In this document: positions 10,549 through 20,434 of the stretch, piece by piece | How positions within the stretch are numbered: the first letter of the stretch is position 1 | Layout: each line of letters opens with the position of its first letter | NCBI GenBank assembly: GCA_963850705.1 | Contig: CAWKMR010000036.1 | Location: 10,953-74,952, forward strand | Direction of reading: 5' to 3' | DNA from: an uncultured Alphaproteobacteria bacterium | Lineage (GTDB): Bacteria > Pseudomonadota > Alphaproteobacteria > Rhizobiales > Xanthobacteraceae | Length of the DNA: 64,000 nucleotides | Translations under genes and position numbers: made by a program | The notes under the pieces: model-generated | Told to the model about the DNA's origin: nothing | Databases searched by the model: none | Seen by the model: the letters and a program-made list of their open reading frames with translations, nothing else

Positions 10549-11031
10549 TCAGCGATCAGTGCGCGGCATGTCGAGCACAAAGCGGCTCAAGATTTCGGGC
10601 CTGGGGACCAGGCAGCTTTCGGTCTTTCCGAACAGCTGATACCGGTTCCGCGCGATGCGGTCGTACAGCCAGTCCCGCACCGGCCGCGGCAGGATCGAAA
10701 ACACACGCACCCATCGCCAGTGCGGAACCCGCGTGAGCGCATGGATGGCCGAGTCGCCTTTGAAGTAGGCGCGCCCGCCCATGACGATCGCATTGGTTTC
10801 CGGCGTTTCGGGATCGATGCCAAGCTGGCGCGCAAGCGCGAGGCCATAGGGACTCTGGATGGGCGTGAACTTGAAGTAACCGTTGCTGTCGCGCTCGATC
10901 AGGAAACGGACCCACCCGGAGCACAGCACGCAGATGCCGTCGAACAGAACAAGCCCGTCCGGCACGCCGGCGATATCCCTGGGCTTCCATGATTTGTGCA
11001 TCGCGACGGACCCTGGCCGAGCCGGCATCAA
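10549..11031 (-). CDS. DCC-family thiol-disulfide oxidoreductase (DUF393)
   Basis: LVLFDGICVLCSGWVRFLIERD CxxC motif near the N-terminus. The start may instead be the internal Met at ~11001. Confidence 0.7.
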   Translation of the reverse strand: MMPARPGSVAMHKSWKPRDIAGVPDGLVLFDGICVLCSGWVRFLIERDSNGYFKFTPIQSPYGLALARQLGIDPETPETNAIVMGGRAYFKGDSAIHALTRVPHWRWVRVFSILPRPVRDWLYDRIARNRYQLFGKTESCLVPRPEILSRFVLDMPRTDR

Positions 11032-11079
11032 GAATAGCGGCTGACGGCTGACAACCGATACCGAGATTTTTCTTGCCCG

Positions 11080-11246
11080 CTAGTGTGGCGGTTCAGAAGT
11101 TCGCCATACTATGCGGCTTGGTCGCGAGCGAACTTCTGAACCAAAGCCACACTAGCAAGCTATCGAGTGCTAGTGTCCCTTTGAAATCCGAAGTTCGCTA
11201 TCGAACGTGCCGCAAAATCGAGCGAACTTCGGATTCGGGACACTAG
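11080..11246. repeat. CTAG-bounded twin-hairpin repeat, copy 2 (type A + type B hairpins)
   Basis: 11080..11155 CTAGTGTGGCGGTTCAGAAGTTCGC...GCGAACTTCTGAACCAAAGCCACACTAG. 11170..11246 CTAGTGTCCCTTTGAAATCCGAAGTTCGC...GCGAACTTCGGATTCGGGACACTAG. Fills most of the 219-bp divergent spacer. Confidence 0.9.
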
Positions 11247-11250
11247 CCCG

Positions 11251-12492
11251 GTGTATCGTGTCTCTGCCGAGAACTCGGGGGCATTATTGCAATCGACGTC
11301 CGATCCTATCCTCATCATCGGCGGCGGGCTGGGCGGCCTGACCACCGCGCTTGCGCTCGCACGACGCGGCATCGCGAGCCGCGTGCTCGAAGGCGCGCCC
11401 GAGTTCGGCGCCATCGGCTACGGCATCCAGTTCGGCCCCAACGTCTTCCATGTGCTCGACCGCATCGGCGTCACCGATGCGGTGATGGAGAAGGCCGATT
11501 GCCCGCCCGCCGTGTTGATGCGCGATGCCTTCACCGGTGACGAACTGGCGCGCATGCCGACCGGCGCGTCGTTCCGAGCGCGCTTCAAGCATCCCTACAT
11601 CATCATCCACCGTATCGACCTCCACAACGCGCTGCTCGATGCCTGCAGGCGCAGGCCGGAGATCGAGCTGGTGCCGGAGGCCATGGTCACCGGCTTCGAG
11701 GAGCGGAATGATGGCGTTGCGCTTGCCATCGCCGACGGCCGCCGCTTCACCGGTCCCGCGCTGGTCGCCGCGGACGGCTTCCGGTCATTGGTCCGTGCCA
11801 GGCTCATCGGTGACGGCGAGCCGCGACCGGTCGGTTATGTCGCGCACCGCACCATCGTGCCGATGTCGGAGCTCAAAGCCGACGTGCACCGTCAAGAGGT
11901 GGTGCTGTGGGGCGGCCCGGGCTTCCACATCGTGCATTATCCGCTCCGCCACGGCACGCTGTTCAACATCGTCGCCGTATTCCGCACCTCGACCCATGGC
12001 GAGCGCGGCGACGTCAACTCTTATCGGGCGGAACTCCAGCATACCTACCGCGACGCCCATCCGGCGATGCACGACCTCCTGGCGATGATGGACCTCGGCC
12101 GGCGCTGGCAGGTCGGCGATCGAGATCCGGTGCGGCACTGGTCGAAGGGACGGGTCGTGCTCCTCGGCGATGCCGCCCATCCGCCGCTGCAATCGCTCGC
12201 GCAGGGCGCCTGCATGGCGATCGAGGACGGGCTTTGCCTGGCGGAACTGATCCCCGCAGCCGGCGGTGACTTCGCGGCCGCCTTCCGGCGCTTCGAGGCT
12301 GCCCGGATTTTGCGCACCGCGCGGGTCCAGCTCGAGTCGCGCGCGCTCTGGGATTTCTACCACGCCGAAGGCATCGCGCGGGACGTTCGCAACGAGACGG
12401 TAGCGGTGTGGGACGAGGCGCATATGCACCGTTGCCTCGCCTGGCTCTATGACGGTTTCCCGATGCCTCCGGAGCCTGCGTCGCGGTCGTGA
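11251..12492 (+). CDS. FAD-dependent aromatic-ring monooxygenase (3-hydroxybenzoate 6-hydroxylase / salicylate hydroxylase family)
   Basis: 413-aa ORF: ILIIGGGLGGLTTALALARRG, GRVVLLGDAAHPPLQSLAQGACMAIEDG. GTG 11251 is the track start; a TTG near 11287 would place the GxGxxG motif closer to the N-terminus. Confidence 0.85.
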   Translation: MYRVSAENSGALLQSTSDPILIIGGGLGGLTTALALARRGIASRVLEGAPEFGAIGYGIQFGPNVFHVLDRIGVTDAVMEKADCPPAVLMRDAFTGDELARMPTGASFRARFKHPYIIIHRIDLHNALLDACRRRPEIELVPEAMVTGFEERNDGVALAIADGRRFTGPALVAADGFRSLVRARLIGDGEPRPVGYVAHRTIVPMSELKADVHRQEVVLWGGPGFHIVHYPLRHGTLFNIVAVFRTSTHGERGDVNSYRAELQHTYRDAHPAMHDLLAMMDLGRRWQVGDRDPVRHWSKGRVVLLGDAAHPPLQSLAQGACMAIEDGLCLAELIPAAGGDFAAAFRRFEAARILRTARVQLESRALWDFYHAEGIARDVRNETVAVWDEAHMHRCLAWLYDGFPMPPEPASRS

Positions 12493-12636
12493 TGCAGCGC
12501 GTGCGAGGGCGTATCCGACACTGCGCGGCATTCGTCCCACATTCCGTCACACATAATGCATTAAGACTTCTCGACGGCCCGCAAAATCTCGATTCTATTG
12601 GCTCTGATGCGAATCAGTTTCGGCTGAAGAAGGAGC

Positions 12637-13557
12637 ATGGACAAGCACGTCGCCGTACTGATGGGCGGATGGTCGGCCGAGCGCGAGGTCTCGCTAAGGT
12701 CCGGGAAGGCCTGTGCCGACGCGCTGGCGCGGGTCGGTTATCGCGTGACGCGCATCGATGTCGGTCGCGACATCGCCTCTGTACTCAACACAGTCAAACC
12801 CGACGTGGCACTCAACGTGCTGCACGGTCGGCCGGGGGAGGATGGCACTTTGCAGGGGCTCCTTGAGATCGTTGGGATTCCCTACAGCCATTCCGGCGTG
12901 CTGGCGTCCTCGCTTGCGATGCAGAAGGACATGGCCAAGGCGGTCTTCAGCGCCGCCGGTGTCCCGGTGCCGGAGGGGATCGTCGCCCACCGCCTCGATG
13001 CGGCCAAGGAACATCTCCTGCCGCCCCCCTATGTGATCAAGCCGATCGCCGAGGGGTCGTCGGTAGGTGTGTTTGTGGTTACCGCCGAACACGCCCATCC
13101 GCCGCAGGAGCTGACTCGCGAAGATTGGACCTTTGGCGATCAGGTCATCGTCGAAAAATACATTGCCGGTAAGGAGTTGACCTGCGCCGTCATGGGCGAC
13201 CAGGCGCTCGGCGTGATCGAGATCGTGCCGACGGTGCGGTTCTATGACTACGAGGCGAAGTACGCCCCGGGCGGGTCCCGGCACCTGCTACCGGCGCCAG
13301 TTTCACCCTTTGTTTACCAACAGGTCCGAGAACTAGCGTTGGGGGCGCACAAGGCGCTCGGCTGCCGCGGCGTAAGTCGGGCGGATTTCCGCTTTGACGA
13401 CCGCCTCGAGGGGACGGAGGGACTGGTCTGTCTCGAGGTCAATACACAACCTGGCATGACCGAGACCTCGCTCGTGCCCGAGCTCGCGGGTCACGCGGGC
13501 ATTCCGTTTGATGAGCTTGTGCGATGGATGGTCGAGGACGCATCGCTCAATCGCTGA
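12637..13557 (+). CDS. ddl: D-alanine--D-alanine ligase
   Basis: 306-aa ORF with GAAGGAG Shine-Dalgarno. VAVLMGGWSAEREVSLRSGKA, LEVNTQPGMTETSL. Confidence 0.95.
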   Translation: MDKHVAVLMGGWSAEREVSLRSGKACADALARVGYRVTRIDVGRDIASVLNTVKPDVALNVLHGRPGEDGTLQGLLEIVGIPYSHSGVLASSLAMQKDMAKAVFSAAGVPVPEGIVAHRLDAAKEHLLPPPYVIKPIAEGSSVGVFVVTAEHAHPPQELTREDWTFGDQVIVEKYIAGKELTCAVMGDQALGVIEIVPTVRFYDYEAKYAPGGSRHLLPAPVSPFVYQQVRELALGAHKALGCRGVSRADFRFDDRLEGTEGLVCLEVNTQPGMTETSLVPELAGHAGIPFDELVRWMVEDASLNR

Positions 13558-14510
13558 TCCGGATCGCGCGGCTGCGTGCCCGCCCGCCGACCGGCGGCGC
13601 CGTGCTGCGTGCGCCTCCGCGTCCGCAGCACGTCATTGAACCGATGCCTGCATCCGGTTTCCGGCGGCTCTTGCAGCGCTGCTGGATCCGGCTTATGCGC
13701 GTTCGGGTGCCGCGCGGCGCCGGCGTTGCCGCAGCCATCACGGTTATCCTGGGCGGCGTCGGCTACGGCGTCGTCAAGGGCGACCACGTGCCGGCGGTCG
13801 TCGAGTTCCTCGAAGATACGCGCGACCAGGCCGCCAATACCGTCGGCTTCAGCATCGTCGATTTGACCGTCACCGGCCAAAACCAGTTGACCAAGGAAGA
13901 GGTGCTCGCCTCCGCCCGGGTGACGGGACGGTCGTCGCTCCTGTTCCTCGACGCCGACGCAACTCGCGAGCGGCTCAAAACCAATTCCTGGATCGCCGAC
14001 GCCACAGTGCGGAAGCTGCTTCCGGGGCAACTACAGATCGAGATCAAGGAGCGCGAGCCGTTCGCGCTGTGGCAGAAGGACCGCCGCGTCTCGGTCATCG
14101 CCGACGACGGTACGGTGCTTGAAGGCTTCGTGGCGCCGCAACTGCTGACGCTGCCGCTGGTGGTCGGCCGCGGCGCCGAGACGCGCGCCAAGCATTTTCT
14201 CGAACTGCTCGATCGTTTCCCCGCGATCCGCGATCAGGTGCTCGCCTCGATCCTGGTCGGCGAGCGCCGCTGGAACCTGCGGCTGCGCAATGGGCTCGAT
14301 GTCCGCCTGCCCGAAACCAAGGTCGCTGGCGCGCTGGAAGAGCTCGTCACACTCGACCGCGAAGCGCGGCTCCTGACGCGCGACATCGCCGTGGTCGACA
14401 TGCGCTTGTCGGACCGCGTGACCGTCCGCCTGTCTGAAAAGGCGGCGCAGGCACGGCAGGAGCAGCTCAAGGATTTGTCGAAGAAGGGCAAGAAGGGAGG
14501 GCGCGTATGA
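13524..14510 (+). CDS. ftsQ: Cell division protein FtsQ
   Basis: 328-aa ORF. TM segment AAITVILGGVGYGVV, then a POTRA-like FSIVDLTVTGQNQLTKEEVL...LQIEIKEREPFALWQ. ATGA overlap with ftsA. The start overlaps ddl by 34 nt. Confidence 0.85.
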   Translation: MDGRGRIAQSLIRIARLRARPPTGGAVLRAPPRPQHVIEPMPASGFRRLLQRCWIRLMRVRVPRGAGVAAAITVILGGVGYGVVKGDHVPAVVEFLEDTRDQAANTVGFSIVDLTVTGQNQLTKEEVLASARVTGRSSLLFLDADATRERLKTNSWIADATVRKLLPGQLQIEIKEREPFALWQKDRRVSVIADDGTVLEGFVAPQLLTLPLVVGRGAETRAKHFLELLDRFPAIRDQVLASILVGERRWNLRLRNGLDVRLPETKVAGALEELVTLDREARLLTRDIAVVDMRLSDRVTVRLSEKAAQARQEQLKDLSKKGKKGGRV

Positions 14511-15829
14511 CCGTCCTCCAGTTCGGCCTCACGCCGAAAGCAAAGCCGGTGTCGCCGAAACGCTCGGCGCTGGTGGCGGCGCTCGACGTCGGCACCGGCA
14601 AGGTCGCGTGCCTGATCGCGCGGCTCAGGCCTCAGGCGTCGCAGGACGCGCTGCGCCGGCGCAGCCATACCGTCGACGTGATCGGATTCGGTCACACCTC
14701 TGCGCGCGGCATCAAAGGCGGCGCGGTGATCGACCTGCAAGCCACCGAGGAGGCGCTGCGCCAGGCCATCGACCTGGCGGAGCGCTCCGCGAAGATGCAG
14801 CTTGAATCGGTGATGGTCTCGATCTCGGCCGGCAAGCCGAAGAGCGAGTTGATGTCCGCGTCGGTGACCGTCAACGGCTCGACCGTCGCAGAGCGCGACA
14901 TCGCTCGCGTCATGGCAGCCGGCAGCCGGCATTCCGCGCGTCCCGGCCGCGCCGTGCTGCATTCGCTGCCGATCGGCTACACGCTCGACGGCGTCGTGGG
15001 TATCCGCGATCCGCGCGGCATGCTGGGCCGGAACTTCGGCATCGACATGCATGTGATGACCGCCGACATGTCGGTCATCCGCAATTTGATGTACGCCATC
15101 GAAAGCTGCCACATCGGCGTCGCGTCGATGGTGGCGAGCCCCTATGCGGCGGCGCTGTCGGCGCTGGCCGACGACGAGGGCGATCTCGGCGCGGCCGTGA
15201 TCGACATGGGCGCCGGCACGACCACGATGGCGGTATTCAGCGGCGGGCGCTTCGTGCATGGCGATGGCTTTGCGCTCGGCGGCCACCATGTGACGATGGA
15301 CATCGCGCGCGGGCTGAACACGCGCATCGCCGATGCCGAGCGCATCAAGACGCTCTACGGCAGTGTGCTCTCCGGCGGCTCGGACGAGCGCAACATGATC
15401 TCGGTGCCTCCGGTCGATCAGGACGAGGGCGACGCGCCGCAATACGTTTCGCGCGCGCAGCTTGTGCGCATCGTCAAGCCGCGCATCGAAGAAATTCTCG
15501 AAATGGTCCGCGACCGCCTCGCGGCATCACCGTTCGCCGCGGAACCGCGCGGGCGTGTGGTGCTGACCGGCGGCGCGTGCCAGCTCACCGGCCTTCCCGA
15601 GCTCGCGACGCAGATGCTCGGTCGGCCGGTTCGCATTGGACGGCCGCTCGGCATCGCCGGGCTGCCCGACGAGGCGAAGGGCCCTGCTTTCGCGGTGGCG
15701 ACCGGCTTGCTGGTCTACCCGCAACTCGCGCATCTCGAACCAAACGACACGCGGTCAACGCGGCACTCGATGACTGGAACGGGCGGCTATTTCGCACGGG
15801 TCGGACGATGGCTTCGAGAGAGCTTCTGA
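14507..15829 (+). CDS. ftsA: Cell division protein FtsA
   Basis: 440-aa ORF. Actin-fold motifs ALDVGTGKVACLIARL and VIDMGAGTTTMAVF. Confidence 0.95.
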   Translation: MTVLQFGLTPKAKPVSPKRSALVAALDVGTGKVACLIARLRPQASQDALRRRSHTVDVIGFGHTSARGIKGGAVIDLQATEEALRQAIDLAERSAKMQLESVMVSISAGKPKSELMSASVTVNGSTVAERDIARVMAAGSRHSARPGRAVLHSLPIGYTLDGVVGIRDPRGMLGRNFGIDMHVMTADMSVIRNLMYAIESCHIGVASMVASPYAAALSALADDEGDLGAAVIDMGAGTTTMAVFSGGRFVHGDGFALGGHHVTMDIARGLNTRIADAERIKTLYGSVLSGGSDERNMISVPPVDQDEGDAPQYVSRAQLVRIVKPRIEEILEMVRDRLAASPFAAEPRGRVVLTGGACQLTGLPELATQMLGRPVRIGRPLGIAGLPDEAKGPAFAVATGLLVYPQLAHLEPNDTRSTRHSMTGTGGYFARVGRWLRESF

Positions 15830-15920
15830 TGACTGAGGAACTATCCATGCAGCCGGTGGCGGACCGGCGCGACCGGCGGCATCGCAAGACCTGCGACGCT
15901 CGCGCAATGAAGAGGCAGCC

Positions 15921-17711
15921 ATGACCATCAATCTGAAGATCCCTGACATTCGTGAGCTCAAGCCGCGGATCACCGTATTCGGGACTGGCGGTGCCGGCGG
16001 CAACGCCGTCAACAACATGATCGCGAGCGGGCTCCAGGGCTGCGAATTCGTGGTCGCCAACACCGACGCCCAGGCGCTCACGATGTCGAAAGCAGAGCGC
16101 ATCATCCAGATGGGCGTGCAGGTCACCGAGGGCCTCGGCGCCGGCTCGCAGCCCGAAGTGGGTCGCGCGGCCGCCGAAGAGGTGATCGACGAGATCCGCG
16201 ACCATCTCCAGGGCGCGCACATGGTGTTCGTCACTGCCGGCATGGGCGGCGGCACCGGCACCGGGGCGGCGCCAGTGGTCGCGCGCTGCGCCAAGGAACT
16301 CGGCATCCTCACCGTCGGCGTGGTCACCAAGCCCTTCCACTTCGAGGGCGTCCGCCGGATGAAGGTCGCCGAGTCCGGCATCGGCGAACTGCAGAAGGTC
16401 GTCGACACGCTGCTGATCATTCCCAACCAGAACCTGTTCCGGGTGGCGAATGAGAAGACCACCTTCGCCGACGCCTTCGCGCTCGCCGACGAGGTGCTGC
16501 GCTCCGGCGTCTCCTGCATCACCGATCTGATGGTGAAGGAAGGCCTGATCAATCTCGACTTCGCCGACGTCCGCGCGGTGATGCGTGAGATGGGCAAGGC
16601 GATGATGGGCACCGGCGAAGCCTCCGGCGAGAAGCGCGCGCTCTCCGCCGCCGAGGCCGCGATCTCGAACCCGCTCATCGACGACGCCTCGATGAAGGGC
16701 GCCAAGGGCCTGCTGATCTCGATCACCGGCGGCCGCGATCTCACGCTCTACGAAGTCGACGAAGCCGCGACCCGTATTCGCGAGGAGGTCGATCAGGAAG
16801 CCAACATCATCGTCGGCGCGACTTTCGACGAAAGCCTGGAAGGCATCATCCGCGTGTCGGTGGTGGCGACCGGCATCGATCACTCCGCCGAATTGAAAGC
16901 GCCGCGTCCGGCGGCAGTGGCAACGTCGGCCGCCGCGACGGCGGCATCGGCTCCGGAGACGAGGCTCGCGGAGCTCACCCAGAAACTGCGCGCCGACCAG
17001 CAGCGCCTGGCGGAGCGCATCGAACGCGCCGGCGGTGATCGTGCACTGGCTGCGTCGGTGCCGGCCGCGCCGCATGGCGCGGCGCATCACGACGCGATCG
17101 AGAACGCCGCCAGGGCTGCAGTGGCGGCAGCGGTGCTGCCGATGACGACGGACGACGTGACGATCCGGCCGATGCAGCCGAAGCCGTCGCTTTTCCTGGA
17201 GCCTGCGGCCGAGCCGAAGGCCGCGTACGAGCAGCCGGCGCCCACCGCCTTCATTCCGCCGGCGGCAGAGCGGCCGGCGAATCGCGGGGCACGGATGCCG
17301 CGAATCGACGAACTGCCGGTTCCGGCACAGAACGAGCTGCGCGTCATGCGCGGCGAGGTGCCGCCGGCCGAGCCTCCGCAGAAACAGCGCATGGGCCTGC
17401 TCCAGCGCCTCGCTTCCGTTGGCCTTGGTGGCCGGCGCGAGGAGGAAGCGCAGGAAGCGGCGCAGCCACAGCAGCCGCCGCCGCGGCCGCGCATGGGCCC
17501 GATTCCCCAGCCGCCGGCGCGTCCGATGCAGCCCCGGCCCGCGCCGCGGCCGCCTGAGCAATCGCGGCCGACCGAGCCGCCGGTGTCAGAATACGCCCGG
17601 CGGCCTGCCCACCAGGGGCTCGACCCCCTCGGCCGGCAGGCTCCTGTGCATAATTCGTCCGAGGAGGACCAACTCGACATCCCGGCGTTCTTGCGCCGGC
17701 AGGCGAAGTAG
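15921..17711 (+). CDS. ftsZ: Cell division protein FtsZ with long Pro/Ala-rich C-terminal linker
   Basis: 596-aa ORF: [14 protein letters not shown], tubulin signature [13 protein letters not shown]-terminal peptide [13 protein letters not shown]. Confidence 0.97.
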   Translation: MTINLKIPDIRELKPRITVFGTGGAGGNAVNNMIASGLQGCEFVVANTDAQALTMSKAERIIQMGVQVTEGLGAGSQPEVGRAAAEEVIDEIRDHLQGAHMVFVTAGMGGGTGTGAAPVVARCAKELGILTVGVVTKPFHFEGVRRMKVAESGIGELQKVVDTLLIIPNQNLFRVANEKTTFADAFALADEVLRSGVSCITDLMVKEGLINLDFADVRAVMREMGKAMMGTGEASGEKRALSAAEAAISNPLIDDASMKGAKGLLISITGGRDLTLYEVDEAATRIREEVDQEANIIVGATFDESLEGIIRVSVVATGIDHSAELKAPRPAAVATSAAATAASAPETRLAELTQKLRADQQRLAERIERAGGDRALAASVPAAPHGAAHHDAIENAARAAVAAAVLPMTTDDVTIRPMQPKPSLFLEPAAEPKAAYEQPAPTAFIPPAAERPANRGARMPRIDELPVPAQNELRVMRGEVPPAEPPQKQRMGLLQRLASVGLGGRREEEAQEAAQPQQPPPRPRMGPIPQPPARPMQPRPAPRPPEQSRPTEPPVSEYARRPAHQGLDPLGRQAPVHNSSEEDQLDIPAFLRRQAK

Positions 17712-18175
17712 GCGGAGCCTTTCGGGGGTGAGGCCGGTCCTTGGCTCTCAGGGCCGGGACCGGCCGATCACCCGCCAAAATGCTTCGGTGATTCACGGTA
17801 ACTTATTGCCGGAAAACAAAAATTTACGGCGCACCAATTCCGGCGCCGCGCCCAAAAAACAGCCCGCTGTGTTGGATTGCCGGCTTCATTACTGGTAATG
17901 GAACCGGGTTTGCGACGGCCCGACGGCGCGAATACGGCCGGATCGAGGTAACAGTTGGTAAAAAAGCGTGAGTTTGCGTTGCCGACCAGCCGGACTAAGC
18001 TGCCTCAAGGTAAGGGGATTTTCGTCGGGGGACTGGTGCAGCGGGCAACCTGCTGCAACAAAACACATCGTATAAGTCCGCGTCCCAACTGACGATAGCA
18101 AAGCGACATTCGCGTGTCGCTTCGGTGAAGGGTCGCCGGCCCAGAACTCGGGCAGGCGCTTAGGTGGGACGGGCT

Positions 18176-19126
18176 ATGAAGATCGGCAAGCAAACGACGC
18201 TTCGCGATCAGGCCGTGTTGACCGGCGTCGGGGTTCACTCCGGGTTGCCGGTCACGCTGATCCTTCATCCTGCGGACGCCGACACCGGCATCCGTTTTCT
18301 CCGCACCGGCCTTTCGGGTTCCCGCGACCGCGAAGTCAAGGCAGACATCCGCTCGGTCACGGCAACCGAATTCGCCACCGTCCTGGGAGATGCGTCGGGC
18401 CCACTGGTGTCCACGGCCGAGCACGTCCTCGCTGCATTGCGTGGGCTGGGCGTGGACAACGCGTTGGTCGAGATCGACGGCCCCGAGACCCCGATCATGG
18501 ACGGGAGCGCGGCGGCGTTCGTCGTCGCGATCGATCAGGTCGGCCTCGAATCGCTCGACGAACCGCGCCGCTTTATCCGCGTGCTCAAGCCGGTTTCAGT
18601 CGCGATCGGCGGCGCGGTCGCTGAGTTCCGTCCGCTTTCCCGCGGGTTCCGGATCGAAGCGACGGTCGAGTTCGACCATCCGCTGATCGGCCGCCAGTCC
18701 ATCGCCTATGACGGCCGGCCGGAGTCCTTCCGCCGCGATTTCGCACGCGCGCGCACCTTCGGTTTCATGCGCGACGTGGCAAAGCTATGGAGCGCGGGTT
18801 ACGCGCTCGGCGCCTCGCTCGAGAACACGCTGGTGGTCAGCGACAACCGCATCCTCAATCCGGAAGGCACGCGCTTCCCGGATGAGTTCGTCCGCCACAA
18901 GGTGCTCGACGCCATCGGCGATCTTGCGCTGGCCGGCGCGCCGCTCCAGGGTCTGTATCGCTCGGTCCGCGGCGGCCACAAGCTCAACCATGCTGCGCTG
19001 TCGGCGCTGATGGCCGATGCCAGCGCATGGACACTGGTCGAGGCCGAGCCGCTGCGTCCGGTGCGTGGCCATGGCGATCTGGCGGCCGGGCTGACTCTGC
19101 CGGCCTACGCCCCCGACGTGTCCTAA
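18176..19126 (+). CDS. lpxC: UDP-3-O-acyl-N-acetylglucosamine deacetylase LpxC
   Basis: ORF 18164..19126. ATG 18176 gives MKIGKQTTLRDQAVLTGVGVHSG...; HKVLDAIGDLALAGAP. Confidence 0.95.
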   Translation: MKIGKQTTLRDQAVLTGVGVHSGLPVTLILHPADADTGIRFLRTGLSGSRDREVKADIRSVTATEFATVLGDASGPLVSTAEHVLAALRGLGVDNALVEIDGPETPIMDGSAAAFVVAIDQVGLESLDEPRRFIRVLKPVSVAIGGAVAEFRPLSRGFRIEATVEFDHPLIGRQSIAYDGRPESFRRDFARARTFGFMRDVAKLWSAGYALGASLENTLVVSDNRILNPEGTRFPDEFVRHKVLDAIGDLALAGAPLQGLYRSVRGGHKLNHAALSALMADASAWTLVEAEPLRPVRGHGDLAAGLTLPAYAPDVS

Positions 19127-19277
19127 GCCCAAGTTTTACCTGGGACTTTTGCAGTTTTTTTCGCCACATTGCGGGCGGATTGTCTGCATATTCCCTTAGT
19201 GGTGCTGCGAGTTATCGGGTATCCCTTGATGTCAGAGGCGCCCGTGGGGATCGCGGCCGGGGGACTTCGATTTGCGT

Positions 19278-20156
19278 ATGCTGCTCACGTCGGACAACAC
19301 CGGTCGACGCGTTAATTGGATCGCGCGTGCGGTCCTCCTGACGTTGCTCGCGCCGGTTCTGATCGGCTGCGACACGCTGACCAGCTTTTGGGCCCCCAAG
19401 GACGAGCAGTTCGAGGCGCCCGCCGACAAGCTCTACAACGAGGGCCTCTACCTCCTGAACAACAAGCGCGACTTGAGAACGGCGGCCAAGCGCTTTGAGG
19501 AGGTGGACCGGCAGCATCCGTATTCCGATTGGGCGCGCCGCTCCCTGATCATGTCGGCCTACACCTACTATCAGGCCGGCATGTACGAGGAATCGATCGG
19601 CGCCTCGCGGCGCTACATTCAGCTCCATCCCGGCAGTCCGGACGCCGCCTATGCGCAGTACCTGATCGGGTCCTGCTACTTCGACCAGATCCGCGACGTG
19701 ACTCGCGACCAGGACCGCACCGAGCGCGCGATGCAGGCGTTCGACGAGGTGGTCCGCAAGTACCCGAATTCCGAATACGCCATATCCGCCAAGCGCAAGA
19801 TGGACGTGGGCAAAGACCAGCTCGCCGCGCAGACGATGATGGTCGGCCGCTACTACATGGAGCGCCGCGACTACACCGGCGCGATCAACCGCTTCAAGAT
19901 CGTGGTGACCCGCTATCAGACCACCCGCCATGTCGAGGAGGCGCTGTTGCGGCTGACCGAGGCCTATTTGTCGCTCGGCGTCGTCAGCGAGGCGCAGACC
20001 TCGGCCGCCGTGCTCGGGCACAATTTCCCCGAAAGCCGCTGGTACAAGGACGCCTACGCCCTCGTGCAGCAGCGCGGCCTGACGCCGTCGGAAAACCGGG
20101 ACTCCTGGATCAGCCAGGCCTTCCGCAAAGTGGGTCTCGGTTTCGCGGCCGAGTAG
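19278..20156 (+). CDS. bamD: Outer membrane protein assembly factor BamD (lipoprotein, TPR)
   Basis: ORF 19272..20156. Lipobox LLAPVLIGC, then TPR-like YNEGLYLLNN..., YAQYLIGSCYF, VGRYYMERRDYTGAINRF. Confidence 0.9.
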   Translation: MLLTSDNTGRRVNWIARAVLLTLLAPVLIGCDTLTSFWAPKDEQFEAPADKLYNEGLYLLNNKRDLRTAAKRFEEVDRQHPYSDWARRSLIMSAYTYYQAGMYEESIGASRRYIQLHPGSPDAAYAQYLIGSCYFDQIRDVTRDQDRTERAMQAFDEVVRKYPNSEYAISAKRKMDVGKDQLAAQTMMVGRYYMERRDYTGAINRFKIVVTRYQTTRHVEEALLRLTEAYLSLGVVSEAQTSAAVLGHNFPESRWYKDAYALVQQRGLTPSENRDSWISQAFRKVGLGFAAE

Positions 20157-20199
20157 CGGCCACAGGCCGGACGACAGCGGACAGAATCGCGACTATCCT

Positions 20200-20398
20200 C
20201 TAGTGTGGCGGTTCGGAAGTCCGCACCATTCTCGCGGCGAGTCCGACATAAGCGCGTTTACGCGCGTCTTCCGACGCGCTATGCGGACTTCTGAACCAAA
20301 GCCACACTAGAATCATTGAGTTGCTAGTGTCCTTCGATTCCGAAGTTCGTATAGGAGGCCGCTGCGAGATGGTACGAACTTCGGAATCGGGACACTAG
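20200..20398. repeat. CTAG-bounded twin-hairpin repeat, copy 3 (type A with enlarged loop + type B)
   Basis: 20200..20310 CTAGTGTGGCGGTTCGGAAGTCCGCA...TGCGGACTTCTGAACCAAAGCCACACTAG; its loop carries an extra nested hairpin AGCGCGT...ACGCGCT. 20324..20398 CTAGTGTCCTTCGATTCCGAAGTTCGTA...TACGAACTTCGGAATCGGGACACTAG. Confidence 0.9.
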
Positions 20399-20434
20399 CC
20401 CGACCTCAAACCTGTCGTCTGTTACCTGAACCCC

